Shown here piece by piece: positions 1 through 11,725 of a DNA stretch of 64,000 nucleotides (its first letter is position 1; each line of letters begins with the position of its first letter). The position numbers and the translations under genes were made by a program. The stretch is taken from assembly GCA_043228905.1 (NCBI GenBank), contig JBHGNT010000013.1, positions 13,516,001 through 13,580,000 on the forward strand. The letters run 5' to 3'. The notes under the pieces were generated by a model, which searched no databases, was not told where the DNA came from, and worked only from the letters and a program-made list of their open reading frames with translations. Source of the stretch: Azolla caroliniana. Taxonomy: Eukaryota > Plantae > Polypodiophyta.

Positions 1-149
1 CCTTAGTCAATTAGATGAAGAGTTAAATGATTGAGTCCAGCCAAAATAAGAGCCGTTTGGTTGGACAACCCTAGATATGTACAACCCATTAGTGGTTCCA
101 TTCCGTCTAAGCAAGTTAGCAATGTGTTCCTAGCCCAAGTCATGGTTAG

Positions 150-2912
150 TACTAACACTTCTAGATTCCGGAGCTAATTCCTGTTTCATGGATCGAAATT
201 TTGCCCAAGCTTCTCAGATATCCTTAAAAAAACTTCCTTGCCCCGCATCTGTAGTAGTCATTGATGGTCGTCCCATTGCTTCCGAGAATATTGTAGAAGA
301 GTCAGAACCCATTTGAGTTGTCCTAGGTAGTTTTGTGTGTGTAGTAGCATTTAATATAATTAGTAGTCCAGAGCATCCCATTGTCCTGGGATTACCTTGG
401 TTTGAATTACATAATCCAGACATAGATTGGAGAACAAGAGAAGTTCGACATCGACAACCCCAAGAATCTACTCATCAAGTTTCAACCATTTCACTACCTC
501 AATTACATGAAGAAGGACACAAGGAGGTAATGTTCCTATTTGCAATATCAGTACATCCTTCCAACCCTATTAAAGAGGAATCCTTAGTACAACTTCTGGC
601 AAAATATCATCCTTATGCCGATGTATTTGACAAGGTAAAAGCCGGTACTCTTCCTCATCATCGTCCCTATGATTGTCCCATCGATCTACAACCGGGAGCA
701 GAGCCACCATGGGGACCAATTTACAACTTGTCCCCCACCGAGTTAGAAGTCCTTCAAGCCTACATAGAGGAGAACTTGGCAAGCGGGTTTATTCGTCATT
801 CGAAATCTCCGGCCGGTGCACCCATCTTCTTTGTCAAGAAGAAAGATGGCTCACTTCGTCTCGTCGTTGATTACCGCGGCTTAAATAAAGTCACCATCTG
901 GAATAGGTATGCACTTCCTCTTATATGAAGTCTTTTAGAGCGAGTTAATGGTTCCAAGTTTTTTACAAAAATCGATCTACGAGGAGCGTATAACCTCGTG
1001 CGGATCCGACCAGGAGATGAATGGAAGACCGCCTTTCGCACGCGGTATGGGCATTTCGAATATACTGTTATGCCGTTCGGTCTAACCAATGCACCCGCAG
1101 TCTTCCAACACATGGCAAATGATATATTTAGAGACCTCTTGGATATCTGTTTGATCATCTATTTGGATGATATCTTGATTTATTCGAGGACCCAGGAAGA
1201 GCACGATTCTCATGTACTATTAGTACTAAAACGACTCCGCGAGAATGGTCTTTATGCCAAGCTAGAAAAATGTAGCTTTGACTGCAAGCAAGTGGAATTT
1301 CTAGGCTACGTCATCTCCTCAAAGGGCATCTCCATGGACCCAGCTAAAGTCCAAACTGTGCTAGAGTGGCAAATTCCACGGTCGGTACGAGATGTACAAT
1401 GTTTTCTAGGTTTTGCTAACTTCTATCGCAAGTTTATACAGGATTACTCGAAGATTATTTTACCTCTCACACAACTTACGAAGAAGGGACTTGAACATTT
1501 CTTTGGTCCCATGAAGCGGACATGGCTTTTCGGCATCTTAAGAAAGCCTTTATGTTAGCTCCTATTCTAGCACATGGGGATACAAAGAAACCATTCATCA
1601 TGGAGGCTGACACATCGGATTTTGCCCTCGGTAGCATCCTTTCTCAACAAGGAGATAAAGAAGAGTTACATCCTAAGGCTTTCCATTCGCGCAAATTCGA
1701 TGCCGTGGAAATCAACTACGAAATACATGACAAGGAGTTATTAGCCATTGTGGATTCCTTTGTGCAATGGCGACATTTCTTAGAGGGCTCTCCACATCAG
1801 GTCATCGTCTTTCGTGATCACAAAAACCTAATGCTCGGGTGCTAAATCGACGGCCAGCTCAGTGGGCTCAATTCCTCACGCGTTTCGACTTCAAAATCAC
1901 ATATCGACCGGGGAAGCATCAATGAAAAGCAGATGCGCTATCATGACATTCATATCTTACACCTCGTCTTGGTGATCCAACGTTTGATAATCAAAAGCAA
2001 GTAATCTTGGGACCAACACGATTGCACACAACACGGATTTTTCACACCCCAATGGATTCCCGAATTACCGATGCCATACGTGTGAACTTGAAGACAGACA
2101 GTTTTGCTCAAGACATTCTGGCGCACATTGATACCTCTCGGGCATCCTGTTCCCAGTCTCAGCAACCAGGTATGGACTACTGACAATTCGAATATCATGA
2201 TGGTTTGTTATTCTTTAAAAAGCTTGTATATGTTCCTGATTGCTCCTATCGTCTTCAAATCGTCCAAAGTTGTCAAGACACCCATATGGCGGGACATTTC
2301 AGTAGCACTAAGATGTTGGATCTAGTTCAACGATCTTTTTGGTGGCCCCATATGCGACGTTTTGTCGACGACTACGTTCAGACCTGTGATGCTTATACCG
2401 GTTCTCATCCTTGTTGGTCAGTGATCGACACCCCGAAGCTACCTACCAATCCTCGTGCTGAGGGTCATTTGGACAGACTACGCAAGATCTAGATGGATCT
2501 CTCTACTCATCTTCGTCATGCTCAACAGACACAGAAGACTTACGCGGATCGTCATCGGCTTCCCTCCTCTTTTGCCATCGGAGATCGAGTATGGCTTTTA
2601 CGTCGTCACATCAAGACTACTCGACCGTGCGACAAGTTGGATTATCGCCGACTCGGTCCTTTTCGTATTACCGGGAAGGTTAATGGTGTCACGTCTCCCA
2701 TCCTTGACTCCAAATTTGATCGCAACAAACTTTATTATTTGGTCGATTGGCTCGGCTATAGTCCGAGTGAACGTACTTGGGAACCCGTCGAGCATGTCGC
2801 CAATGCTCAAGATCTTCTTGCTGAGTTCCATCGAAAGTATCCGAACAAACCCGGTCCGCAATCAGCGCTAACTCGTTCCACTCGTCGCCTCAAGGGGGAG
2901 ATAGTGTCATGA
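150..2912 (+). pseudogene. pol: Gypsy pol (PR-RT-RH-IN-chromodomain) broken by stops, frameshifts and an integrase-core deletion
   Basis: ORF fragments 335-928, 998-1558, 1522-1845, 2205-2492 and 2493-2912 are in canonical Gypsy order. Start coordinate is approximate. Confidence 0.88.
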
Positions 2913-3349
2913 TATGGCAAGACTCGAACCCATGACCTTATGTTATATGGGTCGAGCTCTTGACCATTATACCATCTATTGTAATACGTAGGATATTGTT
3001 TTCATTTAAGTTTTATTATAGGAAATTAATGTATATTCTAGATTTCTCTGGAACATTCTAGAAGCTTCAGGATTACTCTTGAGAACACTATAAAAGAAGG
3101 CACTAGGCATTATGTTGAACCAAATTGGTTCAACGCCAGTCTTAAGCCTCTTAGCCACTTTGTACTTATCCTTCACATAATATATTAGTTATTATCATCA
3201 TTTCTCTCTCTCTCTCTCATCCTCACTATCTCTCTCTCCTCTTCTCTCTTTCCCTCTCGGGAATCTTACGTAGTCCCGTCCTCTTAGTGCTAATAGTACT
3301 TCTCTTCTTTAGTACTAATTTTGTCTTTGCTTTAGTACTATTCCTGACA
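2905..3349 (+). repeat. 3' LTR of the Tcn1-like element (445 bp)
   Basis: TGTCA...TGACA termini, directly after the PPT, TATA-like CTATAAAAG near 3088. LINE sequence resumes at 3350. Confidence 0.85.
2921..2974 (-). promoter_or_regulatory. tRNA-like Pol III A-box/B-box pair inside the LTR (antisense)
   Basis: Minus strand reads TGGTATAATGG (2974-2964), then 33 nt, then GGTTCGAGTC (2930-2921). Confidence 0.5.
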
Positions 3350-4822
3350 GAGGAGGGTGTAGGGCGTTTGTTTTTGAACTTGTAGAAACTTTGTAAGAAA
3401 ATGTTTTTGGACATTTTCAAACTCTTTCCACATAGATTTAGGGATGCTACCGCCCCATACTTCCACCCCATAGAGAAGAACCGGTGTCACCAAAGTGCCG
3501 AAAAGATATTTCTTGAGGACCCAACACTTAATATCTCCAAGATTGCATGTGTTCTTAAAAGCATAGTATGCTCGCTTACCCGTCTCTAAGCGGCGTGTAG
3601 CACATTCATTCCATCTATGATTTGAAGGAACTTCAAGGCCAAGATATTTGAAGCTTTCCACACATTCAAGTGGCTCATTGTTGTACATAATGCATAGTTT
3701 ATCTCTTTTTTGGCTCTTCACAAGCATAATATTGGTTTTAGAGCTATTGACACTTAATTTAGTATGCATGCAAATTTTTTCCAATGCCTTCATAAGCTTT
3801 TGTGCATATCCTAAAGTATTTGCAAAAAGCACTACATCATCTGCATATAGAAAAAGCATAATCACAACATTCCCAATGGCAACTTCTTCAACACATTCTT
3901 CCTATACAAAATTGGTAACCATTTCTTCCAATTCATCAATGCATAGACCAAATAGTGTTGGTGAGAGTGAGCATCCTTGCTTAACACCAATAGTACTTTT
4001 GAAAAAATCTGAAAGTTTATCTCTCATGTGCACACAACATATAACCTTCTCATAAATTTGGAAAATTGCAAGCATATATTCACTTGGCACCTCAAGTTCT
4101 TCCATTCGCCTCCAAAGATGCTCACGAGGTACCATATCAAAAGCAACAATATAAACCATTACCTCTAAGGCGACTTTCCTCCATTAATACTCGAAGGGTG
4201 ATAAGGTGATCAATGGTGCTATGGTCTTTTCGAAAGCCAGCTTGTCCATAACCTCTCTTACCATTATTTTTAGCCCATACACTTATCTTTGATTCCATTA
4301 TACATCCAAATAGTTTTGTCATTAATGAGCCAACCATGATGGTTCGATAGTTGTTTGCATTATTTACATCTCCACCTTTATGTAAAGGTTTGATCCAATT
4401 TGTAGTCCAATCGTACGATATACCATGTTATAATGCATCATTAAACATATCACTTATCCATACATGTGCTTCCTTTCCCGTTCATTTGAGCATTTAAGCC
4501 TTTATACATTGAAGATTGCTTGCCTTTCGAGAGGCCAATTTCTTAAGTCCTATGCATGTAAAGAAGGGAGCCATATATGAAAGAGAACCATAACACATCA
4601 TCTTTCTGGCAAGAGATAACTCATATAAATTCTTACAATGCATAGACAAGTCGTGAAGAGTTAAGTCACCATAACTCTCAACACGTTTCCCGTTTAGATT
4701 TCCCCAAAATTTAGCACATGCATGTGCTTTCTCTTGCGTTTGGATAAATTGTTGAGTAACTTCCCATATTCTTCTTTTTCTTTGAATCTCATTCAAATGC
4801 TTTTGGTAATTCTCTTTATCCT
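3350..4822 (-). pseudogene. LINE ORF2, RT domain
   Basis: QAGFRKDHSTIDH, AFDMVPRE, GVKQGCSLSPTLF, LYADD, FKYLG; contains stops and a small deletion near 4140. Confidence 0.9.
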
Positions 4823-5226
4823 TGTTGAGAATCAAGCTCAACTTGATTTAGTGTGTGAACTCACCTTGAGAGTGAATAGACACTCCAACGGTCAAGAGTC
4901 ACCATTAAGTCACCACTTTGTATTCTAGCATTTAGTATGAGTCATAGAATCATATTCTAGGACACATAACTTATGAGCTTTCACATTCCCCATGCTCCAT
5001 GAGTCTTGTAGTTAATGAAGAGAGAGGGTGACTATATAAAGCACCCTCCTCCCATCTTGTATTACCTCAAGTCTTTCTCCTTTGTTAATATACTTTTACC
5101 TTGCGTATTCTCTGTGTCTTACTCCTTGTCTCTCTCACTCACTCTCAATCACTCTCTCTCTCTCTCTCATACACACACATAACTCACATCTCTTCCGCTT
5201 CACAAAATCATATCTGATTCTTTACA
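4823..5226 (+). repeat. Copia-1 5' LTR
   Basis: TGTTGAGA...TTTACA; similar to 9995-10391. Confidence 0.95.
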
Positions 5227-5394
5227 TGGTATCAGAGCGATTTGGTAGCTCGATCTAGCCCATTCGCCTCATCGTGATCGTGTGTTGTGCTCTACGCCGA
5301 CGACCAAGAACCGGCTCATCGCTATCGTAGGTTTGCTACATAGCTCGGATTCGAAGAGAGAAGAAGAAGAAGAAGAAGAAGAAGAATCAACATA

Positions 5395-8300
5395 ATGAAT
5401 ACTCAAATGGGGAGCGCTCTCCCTACCGAGAAGTTGGATCGAAACAACTTCGCATCTTGGGAGTACAAGATGCACCAATACCTTGTCGAACAAGGCTATT
5501 GGAGCTACATCAAAGGAGAGCACGAAGATCAACCCGCCGAAGCGGCTCCCGGATACGTGATATGGGAGCAAGCTGCAAGCTGCAAGCTGCAAGCCGTGTG
5601 ATGTATTGCTTGGCGATATGTGTTCACGATCACATGCTCGGCTACATTTGCGAAGCCAAGATGCTAAAGGAGGCATGGGAAAATCTACGAAAGATTTTCG
5701 CAGCGAACACAACTGCAAGAAGGCTTCAACTCCGCCAAGAGTTGAACAACATTCAACAAAGGGATATGTCCATCACGACATACACCTTGAAGATCAAGGA
5801 GCTTTACGACTCGCTCGGCTCAATAAGCGTAAGTATAGATGATGATGAGATGGTGCAAATATCCCTCGGCGGCCTCGCACCACGGTTCGGCGCGATGCGA
5901 ACCGCCGTTCTAGCACGGGAGAAATCCCCCTCCTTCTTCGAGCTCCAATCAATGCTATTGGTCGAAGAAAACCACGTGCGTACAAGGAGCAATGAGTTGG
6001 AAGGCCACATGCTCTACACGCACTCGAACAGAGGAAGAGGATGCAGACGAGCAAGAGGCCGATTCGGCCAAGGACAAGGCGGACGAGGTCCGACCTACGA
6101 CAACAACTCCCAATTTCGGCCGCGAAACGGAAGCCAACGAGGAACCTTCGCAAGAAGGGGGAGATTCCACTCTAGCCCGAGCCGTCAAAACGCAACCGAA
6201 TGCGAATATTGTAGAAAGCTCGGCCACCACGAAGAAGAGTGCCGAAAGAAGATGCGTGAATTGGTTTCCACAAGCCGACAACTCACAAATTACACGCACA
6301 ATTCCGACTACGAAGAGTATAGCAGAATGTATGGGCACAACTCCGACTACGAGGATCGTGGCGGAATGTACGCATACAACTCTGATCGTGGCAGAATGTT
6401 CATGATGAAACATAGAGCAAACTCTATGTCGGCCTCTACCTCAACTAGTGCCCTCAATCCGGAGGACGTATGGTTTGTTGACTCCGGAGCCTCAAACCAT
6501 ATGACATCTCATCAAGAATGGTTCCGAGAACTTCGAGAGCCGGACCGACCCGGCTATGTCGAAACCGGAGACGACACTACGCACCCGATTCGGCACATCG
6601 GCAATGTTCTCTTCGGAAAAGAAGGTAAGCAAAATTACATTAAAAATGTCTTGCATGTATCGACCATTACGAAGAATTTGGTCTCCGTCGGCCAAATTGT
6701 AGAGCAAGGGATGCAAGTTCGATTTAATCAAGGCGGTTGCTTCATAAAAAAAGAGGGCCGACTCATCGGACGCGGACAAAGAGAGGGCCGAATGTTCATT
6801 CTCAACTCACACGAGATGAAATCGACCATGTTCGCAAAGGGCATGAAAGAAGACTCCGACATAGAGTTGTGGCACAAGCGAATCGGCCACATCAATCTCA
6901 ACAAACTCAAAGCAATGAAATCGAAAGGAGTTGTCATCAGACTCCCGGCATTGAAAGAGAAGGAGATTGAAGGTGTATGCGAAGCATGCCAATTCGGCAA
7001 GCAACACCGACACCCATTCCCGAAAGAGCGGAACGTGAGCAAAGGTCTACTCGACGTAGTCCATTCCGACGTATTGGGACCGGCGCAGACGGCTACATTC
7101 GGCGGATGTTGATATTACGTGCTCTTCATCAACGACTTCTCCAGGCACACTTGGATCTACCCGATGCGGCAAAAGAGCGAACTGTTGGGATACTTCCAAA
7201 CTTTCAAGAATGAAGTCGAGAAAGCCACGGGCCGACATGTACGTTGTCTTCGATCGGATGGCGACAAGGAGTACTTCTCGGATGATTTCACGGCGTATCT
7301 TCGAAAGGAAGGAATTCGGCGAGAATTCACTTGCCGACACACTCCGCAACAAAACGGGGTAGCCGAGCGCAAAAATTGGCACATCCCCGAAGTAGCGCGG
7401 GCCATGATGAACGAGAAGCATATGCCCAAGTCATATTGGGCCGAAGCTGCAAATACGGCTGTCTACCTAATGAACCGGTGCACAACATCCGGCGTGCACG
7501 AGGTCACTCCGCACGAAAAATACTTTGGAAAGAAGCCAGACTTATCGCACACCCAGATATTCAGCGTGATAGCGTACGTGCACATCCCCGACGAGAAGCG
7601 TCAAAAACTTGACCCGAAGTTGGAGAAATGTATCCTCGTAGGATACTCACTAGAGCAAAAGGGGTACAAGTGCTATAACCCCTCAACTCGAAAATCTCGA
7701 GTAAGTTGAGATGTCGTTTTTGACAAGTCCGCATCTTGGTATGCACCAGAGACAACTTCGACTCTGACTCTGCTCGACCCGGAATCTGCCGAACAAGAGA
7801 TAGAGGATGAAGATCGCCTTATGCGCATGTTCGAAGAAAATCCGCTCACGACCCGATTGACCGGACCACAAGAGCCTTTGAGCGATCAAAGCACATCACG
7901 GCCTAGCCCGAAGATGGACAAAGGCAAGGCGAAAATGGCAGAATACGAAGACGATTGCTTCGACGACAATGAGTCGACTCACTCACTCGACAGTGAGTTC
8001 GGCGGCTTCGATGTACCAATCGGAGCTAAGAAAGCCCTCATCTCTGCAAATGAAAAGCTCTGCCAATGCACTCGTGAAAAGAACCCCGTAAGTCGATTCG
8101 ACTACAACGATTATATGGCGTACCATTATGCCTTTATGATGAAGGTAGCAACAGTACGGGAGCCGGAAACCTTTTCCGAAGCAGCCAAGGATCCGCGATG
8201 GATCGAAGCCATGAACGAGGAGATGCAGGCACTACGCAAGAACGAGATGTGGGATCTCATTCCCACCTCACCACACAAAAAGTCGATTGGATGCAGATGG

Positions 8301-9727
8301 ATTTACAAAGTGAAGTACAATGCCGACGGTTCCATCAACCGCTACAAAGCGTGACTCGTAGCGAAAGGCTACGCCCAAACGCTTGGAGTTGACTATGAGG
8401 AGACCTTTGCCCCGGTGGCAAATATGACAAAGGTGCAGACCGTAATTGTGCTTGCCGCGGCGAAAGGGTGGCACCTCCATCAAATGGACGTCAAGAATGT
8501 CTTTCTACAAGGCGAATTAGAAGAGGAGGTGTACATGATACAACCACCCGGTTTCAACTCGAGCACCCATCTGAAAGCTGTATGCCGACTCAAGAAGCCA
8601 CTCTACGGCCTCAAGCAAGCACCGCGTGCTTGGCATTCAAAGATAACGCAATATCTTCATCACATCAGCTTCCGTATGTCAAAATCGGACAACTCCCTCT
8701 ACATACGACGCGATTCCGCAAGTCCGATTGTCATCATCTTATATGTGGATGACCTAATCATTGGAGGTGAGCACCTCGTCGAAATTAATAAGGTCAAATC
8801 CCTCCTTTCCGACAAGCTCGAGATGACGAACATGAAGGAGGTCCACTACTTCCTCGGCATCGAGGTAATTCAGACTCCGGCCGGAATCATGATCTCTCAA
8901 TGGCACTACATCCTGAACTTGTTATACAAGTTCGGTTTGGCTGAGTGCAAATCCGTGGCAACCCTGCTCGATCGCAATCTCAAACTCGATGCGAACTCCG
9001 GCACCAAAGCGTGTGAGCCGTCCTAGTATCGGCAACTCGTCGGGAGTCTAATCTACCTCATGATCACATGACCCGATCTCAGTTATCCGGTCGGTCTCCT
9101 TAGCCCATTCATGCAAACACCGCGTGATACTCACTGGATTGCGCTAAGTGAGTTCTACGATACGTGAGCGGCACAATGGATTGTGACATCCTTTACAAGA
9201 CCGCGATGCCAATACGACTCGAGGGGTACACAGACGCCGATTGGGCCGGCTACAAAGCCAATAGAAGATCAACCTCCGTATTTGTTTTTTCCCTCGACAG
9301 CGGAGCAATATCCTGGAGCAGCAAAAAGCAACCAACCATTGCTCTTTCGAGCATAGAGGTCGAATACAGGGGCGCGACAGTGGCCGCATGTGAAGCCGTA
9401 TGGCTCAAAAGGATACTCAAGGATCTAGGCGTATCCCTCAAGGATTCGACTTCCCTTTACTGTGACAACATGAGCAGTATCTATCTGGCTCGAAACCCGG
9501 TGTTCCACGCGTAGACAAAGCATATCGAAGTGCACTATCACTTCATCCGAGAGTGTGTTCTAGCTGGTGATGTCGAGCTACAACACATTAGTACAAATCT
9601 TCAAACGGCTGACATCTTCACTAAAGCCTTAGGATCCGACAAGCCAGGGCAATTCCTGACCTATCTCGGATTGACAATCCCTAACCTGCCAAGCTTGAGG
9701 GGGAGTACTAAAGACACTACGCAATAA
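5395..9727 (+). pseudogene. Copia-1 gag-pol (CCHC, PR DSG, GAG-pre-integrase, IN, RT YVDD, RNase H) with stops and frameshifts
   Basis: CEYCRKLGHHEEEC, WFVDSGASNHM, TPQQNGVAER, LYVDDL, TKHIEVHYHF region. Confidence 0.93.
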
Positions 9728-9994
9728 TGCGTGGATTCCGCAACCGTCAAGACACTAAGCAGTAACGCGTGGATTCGGCAACCGCGCAACGAAGCCGCGA
9801 AGAGCCGATCTACTGCGCAAAGCTGCGAAGAAAGACGCAAGCCGAAGCATAGACTTCGCAACTACGCACAACGCAAGCTGGAGCACGGATTCCGCAACTC
9901 CGCATAAATGCGAGTCGACGTGGACTCCGGAACGCGAGTCGAAGCGTATTTCGGATACTGTCTGAAACCGACCCGACTTGAGCTTGAGGGGGCG

Positions 9995-10391
9995 TGTTGA
10001 GAATCAAGCTCAACTTGGTTTAGTGTGTGAACTCACCTTGAGAGTGAATAGACACTCCAACGGTCAAGAGTCACCATTAAGTCACCACTTTGTATTCTAG
10101 CATTTAGTATGAGTCATAGAATCATATTCTATGACACATAACTTATGAGCTTTCACATTCCCCACGCTCCATGAGTCTTGTAGTTAATGAAGAGAGAGGG
10201 TGACTGTATAAAGCACCCTCCTCCCACCTTGTATTACGTCAAGTCTTTCTCCTTTGTTAATATACTTTTACCTTGCGCGTATTCTTTGTGTCTTACTCCT
10301 TGTCTCTCTCACTCTCACACACACTCTCTCTCATACACACACATAACTCACATCTCTTCCGCTTCACAAGAATCATATCCGATTCTTTACA
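9995..10391 (+). repeat. Copia-1 3' LTR
   Basis: Direct repeat of 4823-5226, followed by TSD ATCCT. Confidence 0.95.
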
Positions 10392-10396
10392 ATCCT

Positions 10397-11224
10397 TAAC
10401 TATATCCAAAAGCATAAGGCACTTTCAAGCTTCACGACATTCTTTATCAAACCATTTTTTCGTAAGTTTCTTGGTGCATTTTCAAGATGTGCGGTTGGTC
10501 GAAAAACATTTGTCTGTACAGGAGAGAATGACTTTCTTGGAAGCTTCCCATTTGCATTCTAGTGTGGCACCATGTTGTATCTTTGTCATTTGTAACATAT
10601 CCTCAACCATCTTGGAATACATGGGCGCTTGCTTAAGGTTCATGCTCAAGTGCGGTTGTTTATTATCTTCAATAGCCTTCTCACAATCAAACCTATGCAT
10701 ACATTTGAGATTAATACATAAAGGCCTATGATCGGATTCTTATGTCCATTCACCAAGTGAGAATTTATGTATACGATCCAAGATACCTTTGGACAATAGC
10801 ACATAGTCAATCACATTATTTTCGTTGTGTTTTCTACATGTAAAACCATTACTGTTGCGCCATAAGGAAATACCATTTGCAATAAGCAATCCGGTACTAT
10901 TGCACATTTGTAGGAGTAACTGCCCAAATTGGTCCATATCTTTTTCATCGCAAGAAGAGCAGTTATACATTTGCAAATCCTCTTGCATCCTTGAGATATG
11001 TGGCATGAAAGATTCTTGTGAATCAAGTTGGAAACTTCTTGTACGAGCATTCATGTCACCAAAGACAATAACTTCCCCTTTGGATTTGAAATAAGCAATA
11101 TCATCTTCTAGATTGGCAAAAGGTTGATCTTTATCCAAACAAGCATAAAAGTTAGAATCTTGATGAGGAATGTAACATCCAACTACAAAAGTGGGCAAAT
11201 AATTAGGTGTTTCTATTTTGAGCC
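10397..11224 (-). pseudogene. LINE ORF2, C-terminal half of the APE endonuclease plus linker
   Basis: GCYIP, FGDMNART, NVIDYVL and SDH motifs. Confidence 0.88.
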
Positions 11225-11653
11225 TGTTGAGAGACAAGCTCAACATCGGCCGGATCGGCTGAAGAAGCCGAGGACCAGATCGGTTGGGACCGATCGGTTA
11301 GGCCGAATGCGTAAACCGGTACGCAGACCGGTGCGTAGGTAGGGTCGGATCGGTGCGTAAACCGGGAGGCCGTTAGGAAAGATATTCTATGAGGAATATA
11401 TTTGGGAGTTAGTGTAGGAGCTCTTAATGAGCATTGAAGTACTGTCAGTACTTCGGTCAGTCCTTCTAGGACTTGTATAAAAGTGTTCATTGAACACACA
11501 TATGTAGAGAGTTGTGAATATAGTTCTTGTGTTTTCTCTCTCACTCCCTCTGTCTCTCCCGCGTATACTGCATAAGCTCAAGCTCTCCATTAAACCTGAG
11601 TTTTCTTCCTTCTGTTCGGTCTTCATACTTACTTCCGCACGCTACTTTTTACA
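11225..11653 (+). repeat. Copia-2 5' LTR
   Basis: TGTTGAGA...TTTACA; matches 16524-16954. Confidence 0.95.
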
Positions 11654-11725
11654 TGGTATCAGAGCGTGAGGGTTGAGAACCTCTCTGCAGCCGACACAAC
11701 TTGACGAAGAAGAACAAGAAGAACG

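Larger units (their letters stand above)
1..3349 (+). mobile_element. Ty3/Gypsy chromovirus, Tcn1-like, degenerate; 5' part outside the window
   Basis: PR tail ([17 protein letters not shown]), RT ([31 protein letters not shown]), RNase H, partly deleted integrase and chromodomain (YYLVDWLGYSPSERTWEP). PPT AAGGGGGAGATAG precedes the LTR. Confidence 0.92.
4823..10391 (+). mobile_element. Ty1/Copia element 1, full length, degenerate
   Basis: LTRs 4823-5226 and 9995-10391 (TG...CA), TSD ATCCT on both sides, PBS TGGTATCAGAGC (tRNA-iMet) at 5227, PPT GAGGGGGCG. Confidence 0.96.

Noticed and set aside
2905-2985. A functional tRNA gene
   Set aside because: Acceptor, anticodon and T stems do not pair properly; reported only as an A/B-box relic.
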